Shown in pieces: positions 1 to 7,815 of a stretch of DNA of 32,000 nucleotides (within the stretch, counting starts at the first letter, position 1; every line of letters starts with the position of its first letter). Below the pieces are notes generated by a model. The model did no database searches. It was not told the DNA's origin and was given only the letters and a program-made list of their open reading frames with translations. A program made the position numbers and the translations under genes. The DNA comes from Breznakia sp. PF5-3 (GTDB taxonomy: Bacteria; Bacillota_I; Bacilli_A; Erysipelotrichales; Erysipelotrichaceae): the NCBI RefSeq assembly GCF_029504745.1, contig NZ_JAQFIQ010000015.1, positions 1-32,000 on the forward strand. The letters run 5' to 3'.

Positions 1-2
1 TA

Positions 3-527
3 AAAAGAAAGGCTCGCAAACGTGGCGGGCCTTCAAGATTTAGAGGATTATCTCATGAACAAGTATGTATCGTCACCACAACAGATAGAAATGGCCATGA
101 GATATATAAAGTAGTTGGATTTGGTAAACCAACTACTAATAGTATACTAGAAAACTTCAATGGAATGCTAGTAGAAAAATCAATTGTATATACAGATGGA
201 GCATTCTGCTATGATCAATTAGTAGAAAAGCATAAATGTAGGTTAGTTCAACTAAAGACATATACAGCATATAACCAAGTTGAACATTTAAATACATTGA
301 ACAGTGTTCATTCACTTATAAAAACACAATTAGCAGTATTTCGAGGTGTGGCAACAAAATATATGAATCGTTATATGAGTTTATTTGTATTTATTCGTAG
401 ATTTTTAGATATGGATGATAACGAAAAACTTCCACTTATACTGAGGAAGTTCAAAGTCTTACATTTTAACATTTCAAGACAAACCTTAAAGAAGCTCAAT
501 TTATTACCTGTTTGTAACGTTTTTTAA
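3..527 (+). CDS. IS1595-family (ISXO2-like DDE) transposase, C-terminal part. The N-terminus lies left of the window.
   Basis: Frame 3 is open from base 3 (KRKARKRGGPSRFRGLSHEQVCIVTTTDRNGHEIYKVVGFGKPTTNSILENF...) and runs into track ORF 165..527 (IVYTDGAFCYDQL...HLNTLNSVHSLIKTQLAVFRGVATKYMNRYMSLF). I recognise this layout from IS1595/IS1016-type transposases. The Met at 165 is internal. Confidence 0.7.
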   Translation, partial: KRKARKRGGPSRFRGLSHEQVCIVTTTDRNGHEIYKVVGFGKPTTNSILENFNGMLVEKSIVYTDGAFCYDQLVEKHKCRLVQLKTYTAYNQVEHLNTLNSVHSLIKTQLAVFRGVATKYMNRYMSLFVFIRRFLDMDDNEKLPLILRKFKVLHFNISRQTLKKLNLLPVCNVF

Positions 528-593
528 TACTTTAGGTATTCCTTAGTTGAATTAAGCGTATTTGTTTTAAAATGAATTTAAATATAATATAAG

Positions 594-622
594 AGTCGTT
601 CTTTGAAGAACGGCTTTTTATT
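594..622 (+). terminator. Rho-independent terminator-like hairpin after the transposase ORF
   Basis: AGTCGTTCTT/AAGAACGGCT inverted repeat with one G-U pair, followed by TTTTTATT. Confidence 0.5.
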
Positions 623-630
623 AATCAGGT

Positions 631-658
631 TTTACACTGGTTTTATACATGCTATAAT
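631..658 (+). promoter_or_regulatory. SigA-type promoter candidate for the 684..2528 gene pair
   Basis: TTTACA (631-636), 16-nt spacer, TATAAT (653-658), about 25 nt upstream of the TTG start at 684. Confidence 0.45.
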
Positions 659-683
659 AGGTTAAGAATGGAGTGTACCATAA

Positions 684-989
684 TTGAAAAAACTATTTAT
701 TTGTGAGTCTTGCAAACAACCTGTGCCAAGTAAAGGGATTCGTGGATTTTCGCATATTACTTGCCCACACTGCAAAAGTGAATATGAATTATCAAGTATG
801 TCGTTAAAGTACTATGCACTGTTTCCTTTCTTTGCTGTGGGAATAAGTGTTTTCTTAAGTATTCAGTTTATTAAGACAAATGATATTTTTCTAAAAGGGT
901 TGTTTATTTTTTCAATATCATATATGATTTATTACCTATTATGTATTATAATGATACACATACATAGACTTCAATATGTAAAGCGTTAG
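684..989 (+). CDS. Small zinc-ribbon membrane protein (CxxC-17-CxxC head plus two predicted TM helices)
   Basis: TTG start. CESC...CPHC in the first 31 aa, then hydrophobic segments YYALFPFFAVGISVFLSIQF and LFIFSISYMIYYLLCIIMI. The stop lies 9 nt before the next start, whose AGGAGG RBS overlaps the stop codon. Confidence 0.6.
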   Translation: MKKLFICESCKQPVPSKGIRGFSHITCPHCKSEYELSSMSLKYYALFPFFAVGISVFLSIQFIKTNDIFLKGLFIFSISYMIYYLLCIIMIHIHRLQYVKR

Positions 990-998
990 GAGGTTTCT

Positions 999-2528
999 AT
1001 GGCCGATAATTTAGAGCAAAAGAAAAAAAGGTTTCGTGGGAAGTTAAAAAACAGATCTTTAGAATATAATCGTTATGGACGTTACTTAGTGAAAGATTTC
1101 GATTTTAAAACATTGATTTTACGGTTTTTGGGACAATGTGGAGATATCATTCTAATGTTGTTGCCAATGTGGCTTTGGCTAATTTTATTTTTATTAGCTG
1201 CTAGTGGATTGATTAAAATTGAACTTTTTTATGCATCGACGTTTGTAATAGGTATTTTAATCTTGCTTTTTGTGGTTATAGGAAATACTTATTTATCAGT
1301 GCTTTTTAGAGGTCAGTCTTTTGGGAAATTGGCATTGCGAATGAAGGTTGTAGATGAAGATAACGGAGAATTGGATCGTAATACTATAATTATTCGTGAA
1401 GCAGTGGGAAAAGAAATTCCACTTATTTTGTTGTATATTTTCTTTGGTGTATTAGGAGTGTTAGGGTTCTTATGCTTAAATGGACTTGTTGTATTAATCG
1501 ATAGAAAACATCGAAGTATTATTGATATATTATTGAAAACCAAAGTAGTGGTTTTGAGTGAAAAAGGGCGTAAACCAGTTGAAGAAAAAGTAAAAGAACA
1601 AACGATTGAAGTTCCTAAAACGGAGAATAAAATTGATTTACATATTGTTTCTTCTTTCTCCCATGATGGAGAGTATGGAGTTGAAGATTTATTTCAAAAG
1701 GCACAAAAGGCAGGATTACAGACGGTATCAATATGTGATCACAATAGTGTGAAAGCAAATTTGATTGCCAAACGAGCTGCACCACTCTATAACATAAACT
1801 ATGTTCCTGGAATTAATATAGATTGTAACTATAATGGTAAACATGTTCGTTTGTTGGGATACTATATAAATTCTAATGATCAACGTTTTGCAACAATTGA
1901 ATATGAGAATCTAGCTAAAGAGAAAGCAGTTTCAATGCGTCGTATTCAATTGTTTGAAGAATTTACAGGAATTATGATTAATAGTGATAATTTAGTTAAG
2001 CATAGCCGTTTCCAAGTAATTTCTCCAGCACTTATAGCACGCTACGTATTAACGAATGTAGAAAATAGAAATGAGAAAATATTACAACCGTATTTAAAAG
2101 GAAATAAACGAGATCAACCGATTAAACATTTTGTTCAAGATTTCTTTGCCGAAGGAAAGCCAGCCTATGTTCCAATCGTACATCCAACATTGAAAGATAT
2201 GATTGCTGCGATAAAGGCAGCTGGTGGAGTATGTGTATTGGCACATCCGATGTATTCTTTCCATAAAGACATAGGATTGATTGAAGAAGTTATAAAAGAA
2301 AACAGGGATGGATTAAGTGGGATTGAAGTATTTAATCCACGTCATACATTAGCGGATGAAAAGCAACTATTAGAGTTGGCGAAGAAATATCATTTGGATA
2401 TTACAGCAGGAAGTGAATACCACGGAGAAAATAAAAAAACTTTTGCCTTGGGCCAAACAACTTGTCCTGTAGATGTGGAAGTGGTTATTCAGAACTTTGT
2501 AGATAAGTATAAAACACACAGTGCATAA
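999..2528 (+). CDS. Fusion protein: N-terminal RDD-family membrane domain plus C-terminal PHP (polymerase/histidinol-phosphatase, TrpH-like) phosphoesterase domain
   Basis: AGGAGG RBS. RDD-like region about aa 35-185 with three or more TM segments and the C-terminal HRSIIDILLKTKVV motif. PHP motifs from aa 213: DLHIVSSFSHDG, ICDHNSV, GINID, KHVRLLGY, VLAHP, GIEVFN, GSEYHG. Confidence 0.75.
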   Translation: MADNLEQKKKRFRGKLKNRSLEYNRYGRYLVKDFDFKTLILRFLGQCGDIILMLLPMWLWLILFLLAASGLIKIELFYASTFVIGILILLFVVIGNTYLSVLFRGQSFGKLALRMKVVDEDNGELDRNTIIIREAVGKEIPLILLYIFFGVLGVLGFLCLNGLVVLIDRKHRSIIDILLKTKVVVLSEKGRKPVEEKVKEQTIEVPKTENKIDLHIVSSFSHDGEYGVEDLFQKAQKAGLQTVSICDHNSVKANLIAKRAAPLYNINYVPGINIDCNYNGKHVRLLGYYINSNDQRFATIEYENLAKEKAVSMRRIQLFEEFTGIMINSDNLVKHSRFQVISPALIARYVLTNVENRNEKILQPYLKGNKRDQPIKHFVQDFFAEGKPAYVPIVHPTLKDMIAAIKAAGGVCVLAHPMYSFHKDIGLIEEVIKENRDGLSGIEVFNPRHTLADEKQLLELAKKYHLDITAGSEYHGENKKTFALGQTTCPVDVEVVIQNFVDKYKTHSA

Positions 2529-2590
2529 TGTGTGTTTTATTTTGACGTTCAAAGAAAATTGAAGTAAATATGTGAAACTTTGGGATAAGG

Positions 2591-2619
2591 TTGAGGCATA
2601 AAGTCTAATATGCTAAAAT
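2591..2619 (+). promoter_or_regulatory. SigA-type promoter candidate for the NlpC/P60 gene
   Basis: TTGAGG (2591-2596), 17-nt spacer, TAAAAT (2614-2619). AAAGGAG RBS before ATG 2655. Confidence 0.45.
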
Positions 2620-2654
2620 AAATATTGCAAATGTAAAATCAAAGGAGTGAGAAA

Positions 2655-4127
2655 ATGGATTCTGAGAAAAAATTCATAGATCTAGTCAATGATTTTAAAA
2701 ACAAAGGGATAAATAAAATCAATGATATTATGAAATATCTAAGTATTAAGTTAACAAAGGGAACTGAAGTTTTAATAAAAATTTCAAAAGCATGTTTAAT
2801 TAAAGCAATGGTTGGCTATAAAGTTGCAGAACCAATCTTCATAAGTATAGCAAATGCTTGTCGAGTAAAAGCGGCTGTAGCTTATAAAGAACTTGAACCA
2901 GTAGTTATTAGAGCTGCAAAAAACTTTGCAACTGTAATGGAAACTGGAGCAAGAAATATTGTAAGTCGTGTGGAAGAAAGATTTGGGAAGATACATTTCG
3001 ACTTCCGTCACTTTGTAATGACAAGTGGTGTAGCAGTAGTTGTATTTGCATTGACATTCACTGTAACGGGTATGAATCGTTCAAAAGTAAGTGCTGCTGT
3101 ATTAGAACCACAAGAAGTGGAAACTTACAATGAGGAAGTAATTAATATCAACTATGGTGATGACAGTGCAATTGTAGATGTTGTGAAAGACATCTTGGCA
3201 GATGACACAGGAAATGTGAATGAAGCAAAAGCTGTTACATTAAATGATGGTAGCTTAGGTTATGAAATTGGTAACTATATTGTAGAAGTTGACCAAGAAC
3301 CTACAAGAGAATTGAAAAAAGATGAAATTACCATCAAGGCTCAAACAAAAGAAACATATGAAGCTGATGAATTCGGGAAAGTAGAAGTTACAGATCCTGA
3401 AGTAGCTAGTGAAAAAGTAGATGGAGCAGTATATACATATAAGTTAGATGTACAATATGTAGATACACAAGCACCAGCAGTGATGTTGAAAACAAATGAA
3501 GTAAAAATTGAAGATGTAGATAACTTTAATCCAAAGAAGTTTGTAAGTTCAATTGTAGATAACTATGATGGAGAAATTGCAAACTACACAATCGATGGAG
3601 AAGTAGAAATCAAAGACGAAGACAGATGGGAACCAGGTGAATATACATTAGTATATAAAGCAAAGGACTCAAATGGAAACGTTGGAGAAGCAAAATTAAA
3701 AGTTATTGTTAAAGAAACAAAAGACGAAGATGAAGATGAAAGTGTAGAATCTTCTGATAGCGATACTGAAGAAGAAGTAAAAGAAGAAGCACCAGCAAGT
3801 ACATATGGTAACGCAATTGCAGATGCTGCTATGGCACAGTTAGGTGTTTACCAAGATTGTACAATGTTAGTAACAAATTCATTAGCAGCTGTAGGAATTT
3901 ATCACCATGGCTGGCCAGTAAGTTACTTATCATTGGGTACAGTTGTATCGGCAGCTGAAGCACAACCTGGAGATATCATCTACTATGCAGATGGTGGAAC
4001 AGGAATGGCTCATGTGGCAGTATATATTGGTGGAGGACAAGCAGTTCATGGTGGATGGCTTGGAAACCAAACCGTTGTATACTCAGCTTACGTTGGATCA
4101 GGACCAGTATTTATTCGAGTACAATAA
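2655..4127 (+). CDS. Membrane-anchored NlpC/P60-family peptidoglycan hydrolase with an Ig-like (DUF5011/HYR-like) middle domain
   Basis: C-terminal about 105 aa carry NlpC/P60 catalytic motifs: YQDCTMLV (Cys), MAHVAVYIGGGQAVHGG (His). Single TM at about aa 120-140 (FVMTSGVAVVVFALTFTVTGM). Ig-like segment DNYDGEIANYTIDGEV...GEYTLVYKAKDSNGNVGEAKLKVIV. Acidic linker KDEDEDESVESSDSDTEEEVKEE. Confidence 0.85.
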   Translation: MDSEKKFIDLVNDFKNKGINKINDIMKYLSIKLTKGTEVLIKISKACLIKAMVGYKVAEPIFISIANACRVKAAVAYKELEPVVIRAAKNFATVMETGARNIVSRVEERFGKIHFDFRHFVMTSGVAVVVFALTFTVTGMNRSKVSAAVLEPQEVETYNEEVININYGDDSAIVDVVKDILADDTGNVNEAKAVTLNDGSLGYEIGNYIVEVDQEPTRELKKDEITIKAQTKETYEADEFGKVEVTDPEVASEKVDGAVYTYKLDVQYVDTQAPAVMLKTNEVKIEDVDNFNPKKFVSSIVDNYDGEIANYTIDGEVEIKDEDRWEPGEYTLVYKAKDSNGNVGEAKLKVIVKETKDEDEDESVESSDSDTEEEVKEEAPASTYGNAIADAAMAQLGVYQDCTMLVTNSLAAVGIYHHGWPVSYLSLGTVVSAAEAQPGDIIYYADGGTGMAHVAVYIGGGQAVHGGWLGNQTVVYSAYVGSGPVFIRVQ

Positions 4128-4133
4128 TTTATA

Positions 4134-4161
4134 AGTCAACACATAGTGTTGGCTTTTTTAT
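4134..4161 (+). terminator. Rho-independent terminator of the NlpC/P60 gene
   Basis: AGTCAACAC-ATA-GTGTTGGCT hairpin followed by TTTTTTATT. Confidence 0.7.
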
Positions 4162-4170
4162 TGTTTTCAT

Positions 4171-4210
4171 ATGAAAACCCCGTTATTGGTTTTACCAATT
4201 AACGGGGTTA
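4171..4210 (-). terminator. Rho-independent terminator of the minus-strand regulator/aminotransferase operon
   Basis: AACCCCGTTA(T)TTGG ... CCAATTAACGGGGTT long hairpin. On the minus strand it is followed by TTTTC. Confidence 0.7.
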
Positions 4211-4237
4211 TTTTAAATGATGTATTCTTTATGTAGC

Positions 4238-5404
4238 TTATTTTCGTTTGTTTAAAAAATTTTCAATGCGGTCCAATGCAATTTTGATTTCATCGATACT
4301 GTAAGCATAGGAAACCCGAATGAATCCTTCACCAGCTTCACCGAATGCAGTTCCTGGCACACAAGCAACTTTCTGATCTTTTAATAGTTCCTCACAAAAC
4401 TGCTCAGAAGTAAGTCCTGTGGAACGAATATCAGGGAAAATATAGAAAGCACCTTTAGGCATGTGTGTATTTAATCCTAATTTATTAAATCCTTCAACAA
4501 TAAAATTTCTACGGCCTTTATAAGCTATTCGCATTTCTTCTACGTTATTTTCACCACTTTTAAATCCTTCAATTGCTGCATATTGTGACATAATTGGAGC
4601 ACACATAATTGTATATTGATGAATTTTAGTGATGGCTTGGATAAAGGTTTTGTTACCTAGTATATAACCTAAACGCCATCCCGTCATTGCAAAGGCTTTA
4701 CTACAACCACTAATAATAATAACTTGTTCCTTGATTTCATCAAAACATGCTAAGGAAGTATGTTTTCCCTCATATATTAAATCAGCATAAATTTCATCAC
4801 TGATAACAATCAATTCATGTTCTTTGATGATAGGAACCAGTTCTGCATAGTCTTGCTTGCTCATTGTTCCACCAGTAGGGTTAGAAGGATAATTTAATAG
4901 AATTGCTTTGGTTTTATCACTGATACAAGATAATAGCATTTCTTTTGTAATCTTAAATTCATGTTCACTTGTCAATTCCAAATGTTTACATACACCGCCA
5001 GCTAAAATGACAGCGGGTTCATAAGCTACATAACTTGGCATTGGAACAATTACCTCATCACCTGGATTTAAGATTGCTCGAAAACAAGTATCAATAGCTT
5101 CACTTCCACCAACGGTGACCAGAGCTTCATTTTGTGGGTCATAGGTTAGTCCAAAACGACGTTCTTGATATTTACAGATTTCTTCTCTTAGTTCCAAAAG
5201 ACCAGCATTTTCTGTGTAAGTAGTCTTGCCTGTTTCAATTGCATAAATGGCAGCTTCACGGATATGCCATGGAGTATCAAAGTCAGGTTCTCCAACACCT
5301 AGTGATATTGCCCCCTCTACTTGCTTGGCAACATCAAAAAATTTTCGTATCCCACTTGGTTTAATTGTATTTACTAACGTACTTAATTTTTTTGAATTGT
5401 CCAT
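4238..5404 (-). CDS. PLP-dependent class I/II aminotransferase (AlaT/YugH-like)
   Basis: 388 aa. Fold-type I aminotransferase motifs: NYPSNPTG, SDEIY, and the SKAFAMTGWRLGY PLP-lysine motif. Start overlaps the upstream regulator stop (TAATG). The size and pairing with an Lrp-type regulator resemble Bacillus subtilis alaR-alaT. Confidence 0.85.
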   Translation of the reverse strand: MDNSKKLSTLVNTIKPSGIRKFFDVAKQVEGAISLGVGEPDFDTPWHIREAAIYAIETGKTTYTENAGLLELREEICKYQERRFGLTYDPQNEALVTVGGSEAIDTCFRAILNPGDEVIVPMPSYVAYEPAVILAGGVCKHLELTSEHEFKITKEMLLSCISDKTKAILLNYPSNPTGGTMSKQDYAELVPIIKEHELIVISDEIYADLIYEGKHTSLACFDEIKEQVIIISGCSKAFAMTGWRLGYILGNKTFIQAITKIHQYTIMCAPIMSQYAAIEGFKSGENNVEEMRIAYKGRRNFIVEGFNKLGLNTHMPKGAFYIFPDIRSTGLTSEQFCEELLKDQKVACVPGTAFGEAGEGFIRVSYAYSIDEIKIALDRIENFLNKRK

Positions 5405-5892
5405 TATGGTGTAATCAATAACCTTTCATTTGGTTTTTCTTCTTCACACATAATGACTCCATTATATTTGTACGTTTGTAAAACAAAGAGGGTTGAAGTG
5501 GATGTAACACCATCAATACATGCAAGTTTAGTGGCAATAAAATTTGCAATTTCTTTCATTGTTTTTCCATGTACAGTAAGGATAAAATCACTTTTACCAC
5601 TTGTCAGATACATGGATTCCACTTCTGGGTAATTGTATATCTTTCTAGCAATTGCATCATATCCACTATCTCTTTGTGGGATAGCATCCACATAAATGAT
5701 AGAAGTTACTTTTTCATTATGTGTTTTATCCCAATTGATAATAGTGTGATAGCCACAAATTATTTTATCTTTCTCAAAGGCGGCGAGTTTATCCAAAACT
5801 TCTTTTTCATCAGTTTGTAAAATTACAGCCAAATCTTTTGTCTCATATCTAGCATTGGTTTCTAAAAAACTTAATAATTCCATATCGTTCAT
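5404..5892 (-). CDS. Lrp/AsnC-family transcriptional regulator (AlaR/YugG-like)
   Basis: 162 aa. N-terminal wHTH segment (LLSFLETNARYETKDLAVILQTDEKEVLDKL) and C-terminal RAM/AsnC-type ligand domain. GGAGG RBS. Translationally coupled to the aminotransferase. Confidence 0.8.
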   Translation of the reverse strand: MNDMELLSFLETNARYETKDLAVILQTDEKEVLDKLAAFEKDKIICGYHTIINWDKTHNEKVTSIIYVDAIPQRDSGYDAIARKIYNYPEVESMYLTSGKSDFILTVHGKTMKEIANFIATKLACIDGVTSTSTLFVLQTYKYNGVIMCEEEKPNERLLITP

Positions 5893-5918
5893 AATTTCGC
5901 CTCCATTTTTTTGTTTAT

Positions 5919-5947
5919 ATTGTACCGCTTTGTGAAAGAATAGTAAA
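5919..5947 (-). promoter_or_regulatory. SigA-type promoter candidate for the regulator/aminotransferase operon
   Basis: On the minus strand: TTTACT, 17-nt spacer, TACAAT. The plus-strand complements are at 5942-5947 and 5919-5924. Confidence 0.45.
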
Positions 5948-6002
5948 TCTTTTTCTTATACAAGAGTTGTTAGGAAATGATATTGAAAAGTTGAATATAA
6001 GA

Positions 6003-7160
6003 ATGGTGATGGTTTTGGAGTGTAAAAGATGTGGCGCAAGAGATAAACAATATTTTTATACCTTTAAACAACAGACATATTGTCGACGATGTATTCAATT
6101 TGGGAAAATGAATATAGGCGAAGAGGTGAAAGCACAAAAACTTTCACAGAAATCATTAAACGTACAGTATACACTCGCATATGATCTGACAACAGAACAA
6201 GAAAAAATTGTACATTTAATTAGAAAAAACCGAAAAGAACAACAGAAGATATTAATTTATGCAGCGTGTGGTGCAGGGAAAACAGAAATCACAATGGAAA
6301 GTATTGAAACATATTTATGTGAAGGGAAGAAAGTTGGTTATGCAATTGCAAGACGACAGGTTGTATTGGAAATTGCTGAGCGCTTTCGTCAGGCTTTTCC
6401 TAATATAAAAGTAACGCAGGTTTGTGCAGGATATACAAGTGAAATTGATGGTGATATTATCGTCTGTACAATGCATCAATTATATCGTTATCCAAAAGTA
6501 TTTGATTTGTTGATTTTAGATGAGATAGATGCTTTTCCATATGCTGGCAATCCTTTGTTGGAAAGAATTGCTGAGCAAGCGTGTAGAGGAGAGATGTTAT
6601 TGCTTACAGCAACACCGGATCAAAAATTGAAGCAGCAAGTGCAACAAAAAGAGATTCTTCAATTTACGTTGTTTAAAAGACCACATGGATATCCATTAGT
6701 TGAGCCAAAGGTAAAAGTAAGACCAACTACATTTCAGTATTTTAGTATGTTTTTGGTTTTATGGAAATTTAGAAAACAAAAATGGATTGTATTTGTTCCT
6801 ACGATACGATTGGCTAAGGGGTTATATATGCTTTTTAAACATGCTGTAAAATGTAATTATATTACCTCAAAAACGTTGAATAACGAGAAAACGATGTTAG
6901 ATTTTAAAGATGGTAGGTATAATCTTTTGATTGCTACCACAATTTTAGAAAGGGGAATTACAATTAGCGGGGTAAATGTTTTAATCTTACATGGGGAACA
7001 TATTGTGTATCAGGAATCGAGTTTGATTCAAATGGTAGGGCGTGTAGGACGTAAGATAGAAGCACCGACTGGATATGCATATATTTTGTCAACAAAGCGC
7101 ACAAAGGCAATTCGTGCATGTGTGAAAACAATTAGAGAGATGAATCAGCATGAAGGATAA
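6003..7160 (+). CDS. comFA: ComFA-type DEAD/DEAH-box helicase (competence DNA-uptake ATPase)
   Basis: N-terminal 4-Cys zinc finger (CKRCG...CRRC), Walker A AACGAGKTE, DEID box, TATP, TTILERGITI, and helicase motif VI in QMVGRVGR. The start is uncertain: TTG 5967, ATG 6003 or ATG 6009, none with a good SD. Confidence 0.85.
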   Translation: MVMVLECKRCGARDKQYFYTFKQQTYCRRCIQFGKMNIGEEVKAQKLSQKSLNVQYTLAYDLTTEQEKIVHLIRKNRKEQQKILIYAACGAGKTEITMESIETYLCEGKKVGYAIARRQVVLEIAERFRQAFPNIKVTQVCAGYTSEIDGDIIVCTMHQLYRYPKVFDLLILDEIDAFPYAGNPLLERIAEQACRGEMLLLTATPDQKLKQQVQQKEILQFTLFKRPHGYPLVEPKVKVRPTTFQYFSMFLVLWKFRKQKWIVFVPTIRLAKGLYMLFKHAVKCNYITSKTLNNEKTMLDFKDGRYNLLIATTILERGITISGVNVLILHGEHIVYQESSLIQMVGRVGRKIEAPTGYAYILSTKRTKAIRACVKTIREMNQHEG

Positions 7161-7770
7161 ATGTTTACTTTGCTTTGGAGATATTCAAAACGGTTTGACA
7201 CTATATGAGTATGTTATGAAGCAAGACTGCATTTGTGGAACATGTAGAAAACAATTTGAACTTTGTAATCAAATAGTTAAAATAGGAGAAATTGAAGTAT
7301 ACGCACTTTATTTTTATAATGATTTTTTTGAAAATAGTATGTTTAATTATAAAGAAAATCATGATGTAGTGTTAGCAAAAATATTTTTGTTTCCTCACCT
7401 TAAACGCTTGAAAAAGATGTATGAGGATTATGTTTTTGTTTTTGCACCATCCAGTAAAGGGAAAGAAGAGGAAAGAGGCTTTTCTAGTTTACCACTGTTA
7501 TTTGCTGATCTTAAAGTTGAAAAGCAATACTTGTTTGAAAAAACAAAAGAATATAAGCAATCATCACAACCTTATCAAAAACGATATCAGGTTAAAGATA
7601 TCATTGTTCGTAATAAGCATATGCTTCCAACAAAAAAAATATTATTAGTTGATGATATGTGTACGAGTGGGGCTACATTAAAACGGATGTATGAACTTGT
7701 AAAAAATCACGAGTTTGAAGTTGCATTGCTTACCATTGGAATTAATAAAAAACTAACTACTTTGCAATAA
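7150..7770 (+). CDS. comFC: ComFC-type phosphoribosyltransferase-fold competence protein
   Basis: Overlaps the comFA end by 11 nt. N-terminal Cys cluster (CLLCFG...CICGTCRKQ) and PRPP-binding-like loop LLVDDMCTSGATL. Confidence 0.85.
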   Translation: MKDKCLLCFGDIQNGLTLYEYVMKQDCICGTCRKQFELCNQIVKIGEIEVYALYFYNDFFENSMFNYKENHDVVLAKIFLFPHLKRLKKMYEDYVFVFAPSSKGKEEERGFSSLPLLFADLKVEKQYLFEKTKEYKQSSQPYQKRYQVKDIIVRNKHMLPTKKILLVDDMCTSGATLKRMYELVKNHEFEVALLTIGINKKLTTLQ

Positions 7771-7815
7771 AAAACATGGAGTTTTTACGTTTTTACTTCC
7801 ATGTTTTATTTTTTT
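7771..7815. terminator. Bidirectional terminator between convergent comFC and the MscS-family gene
   Basis: AAAACATGGAG ... ACTTCCATGTTTT hairpin with one bulge and T-runs on both strands. It overlaps the minus-strand stop codon at 7806-7808. Confidence 0.65.
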
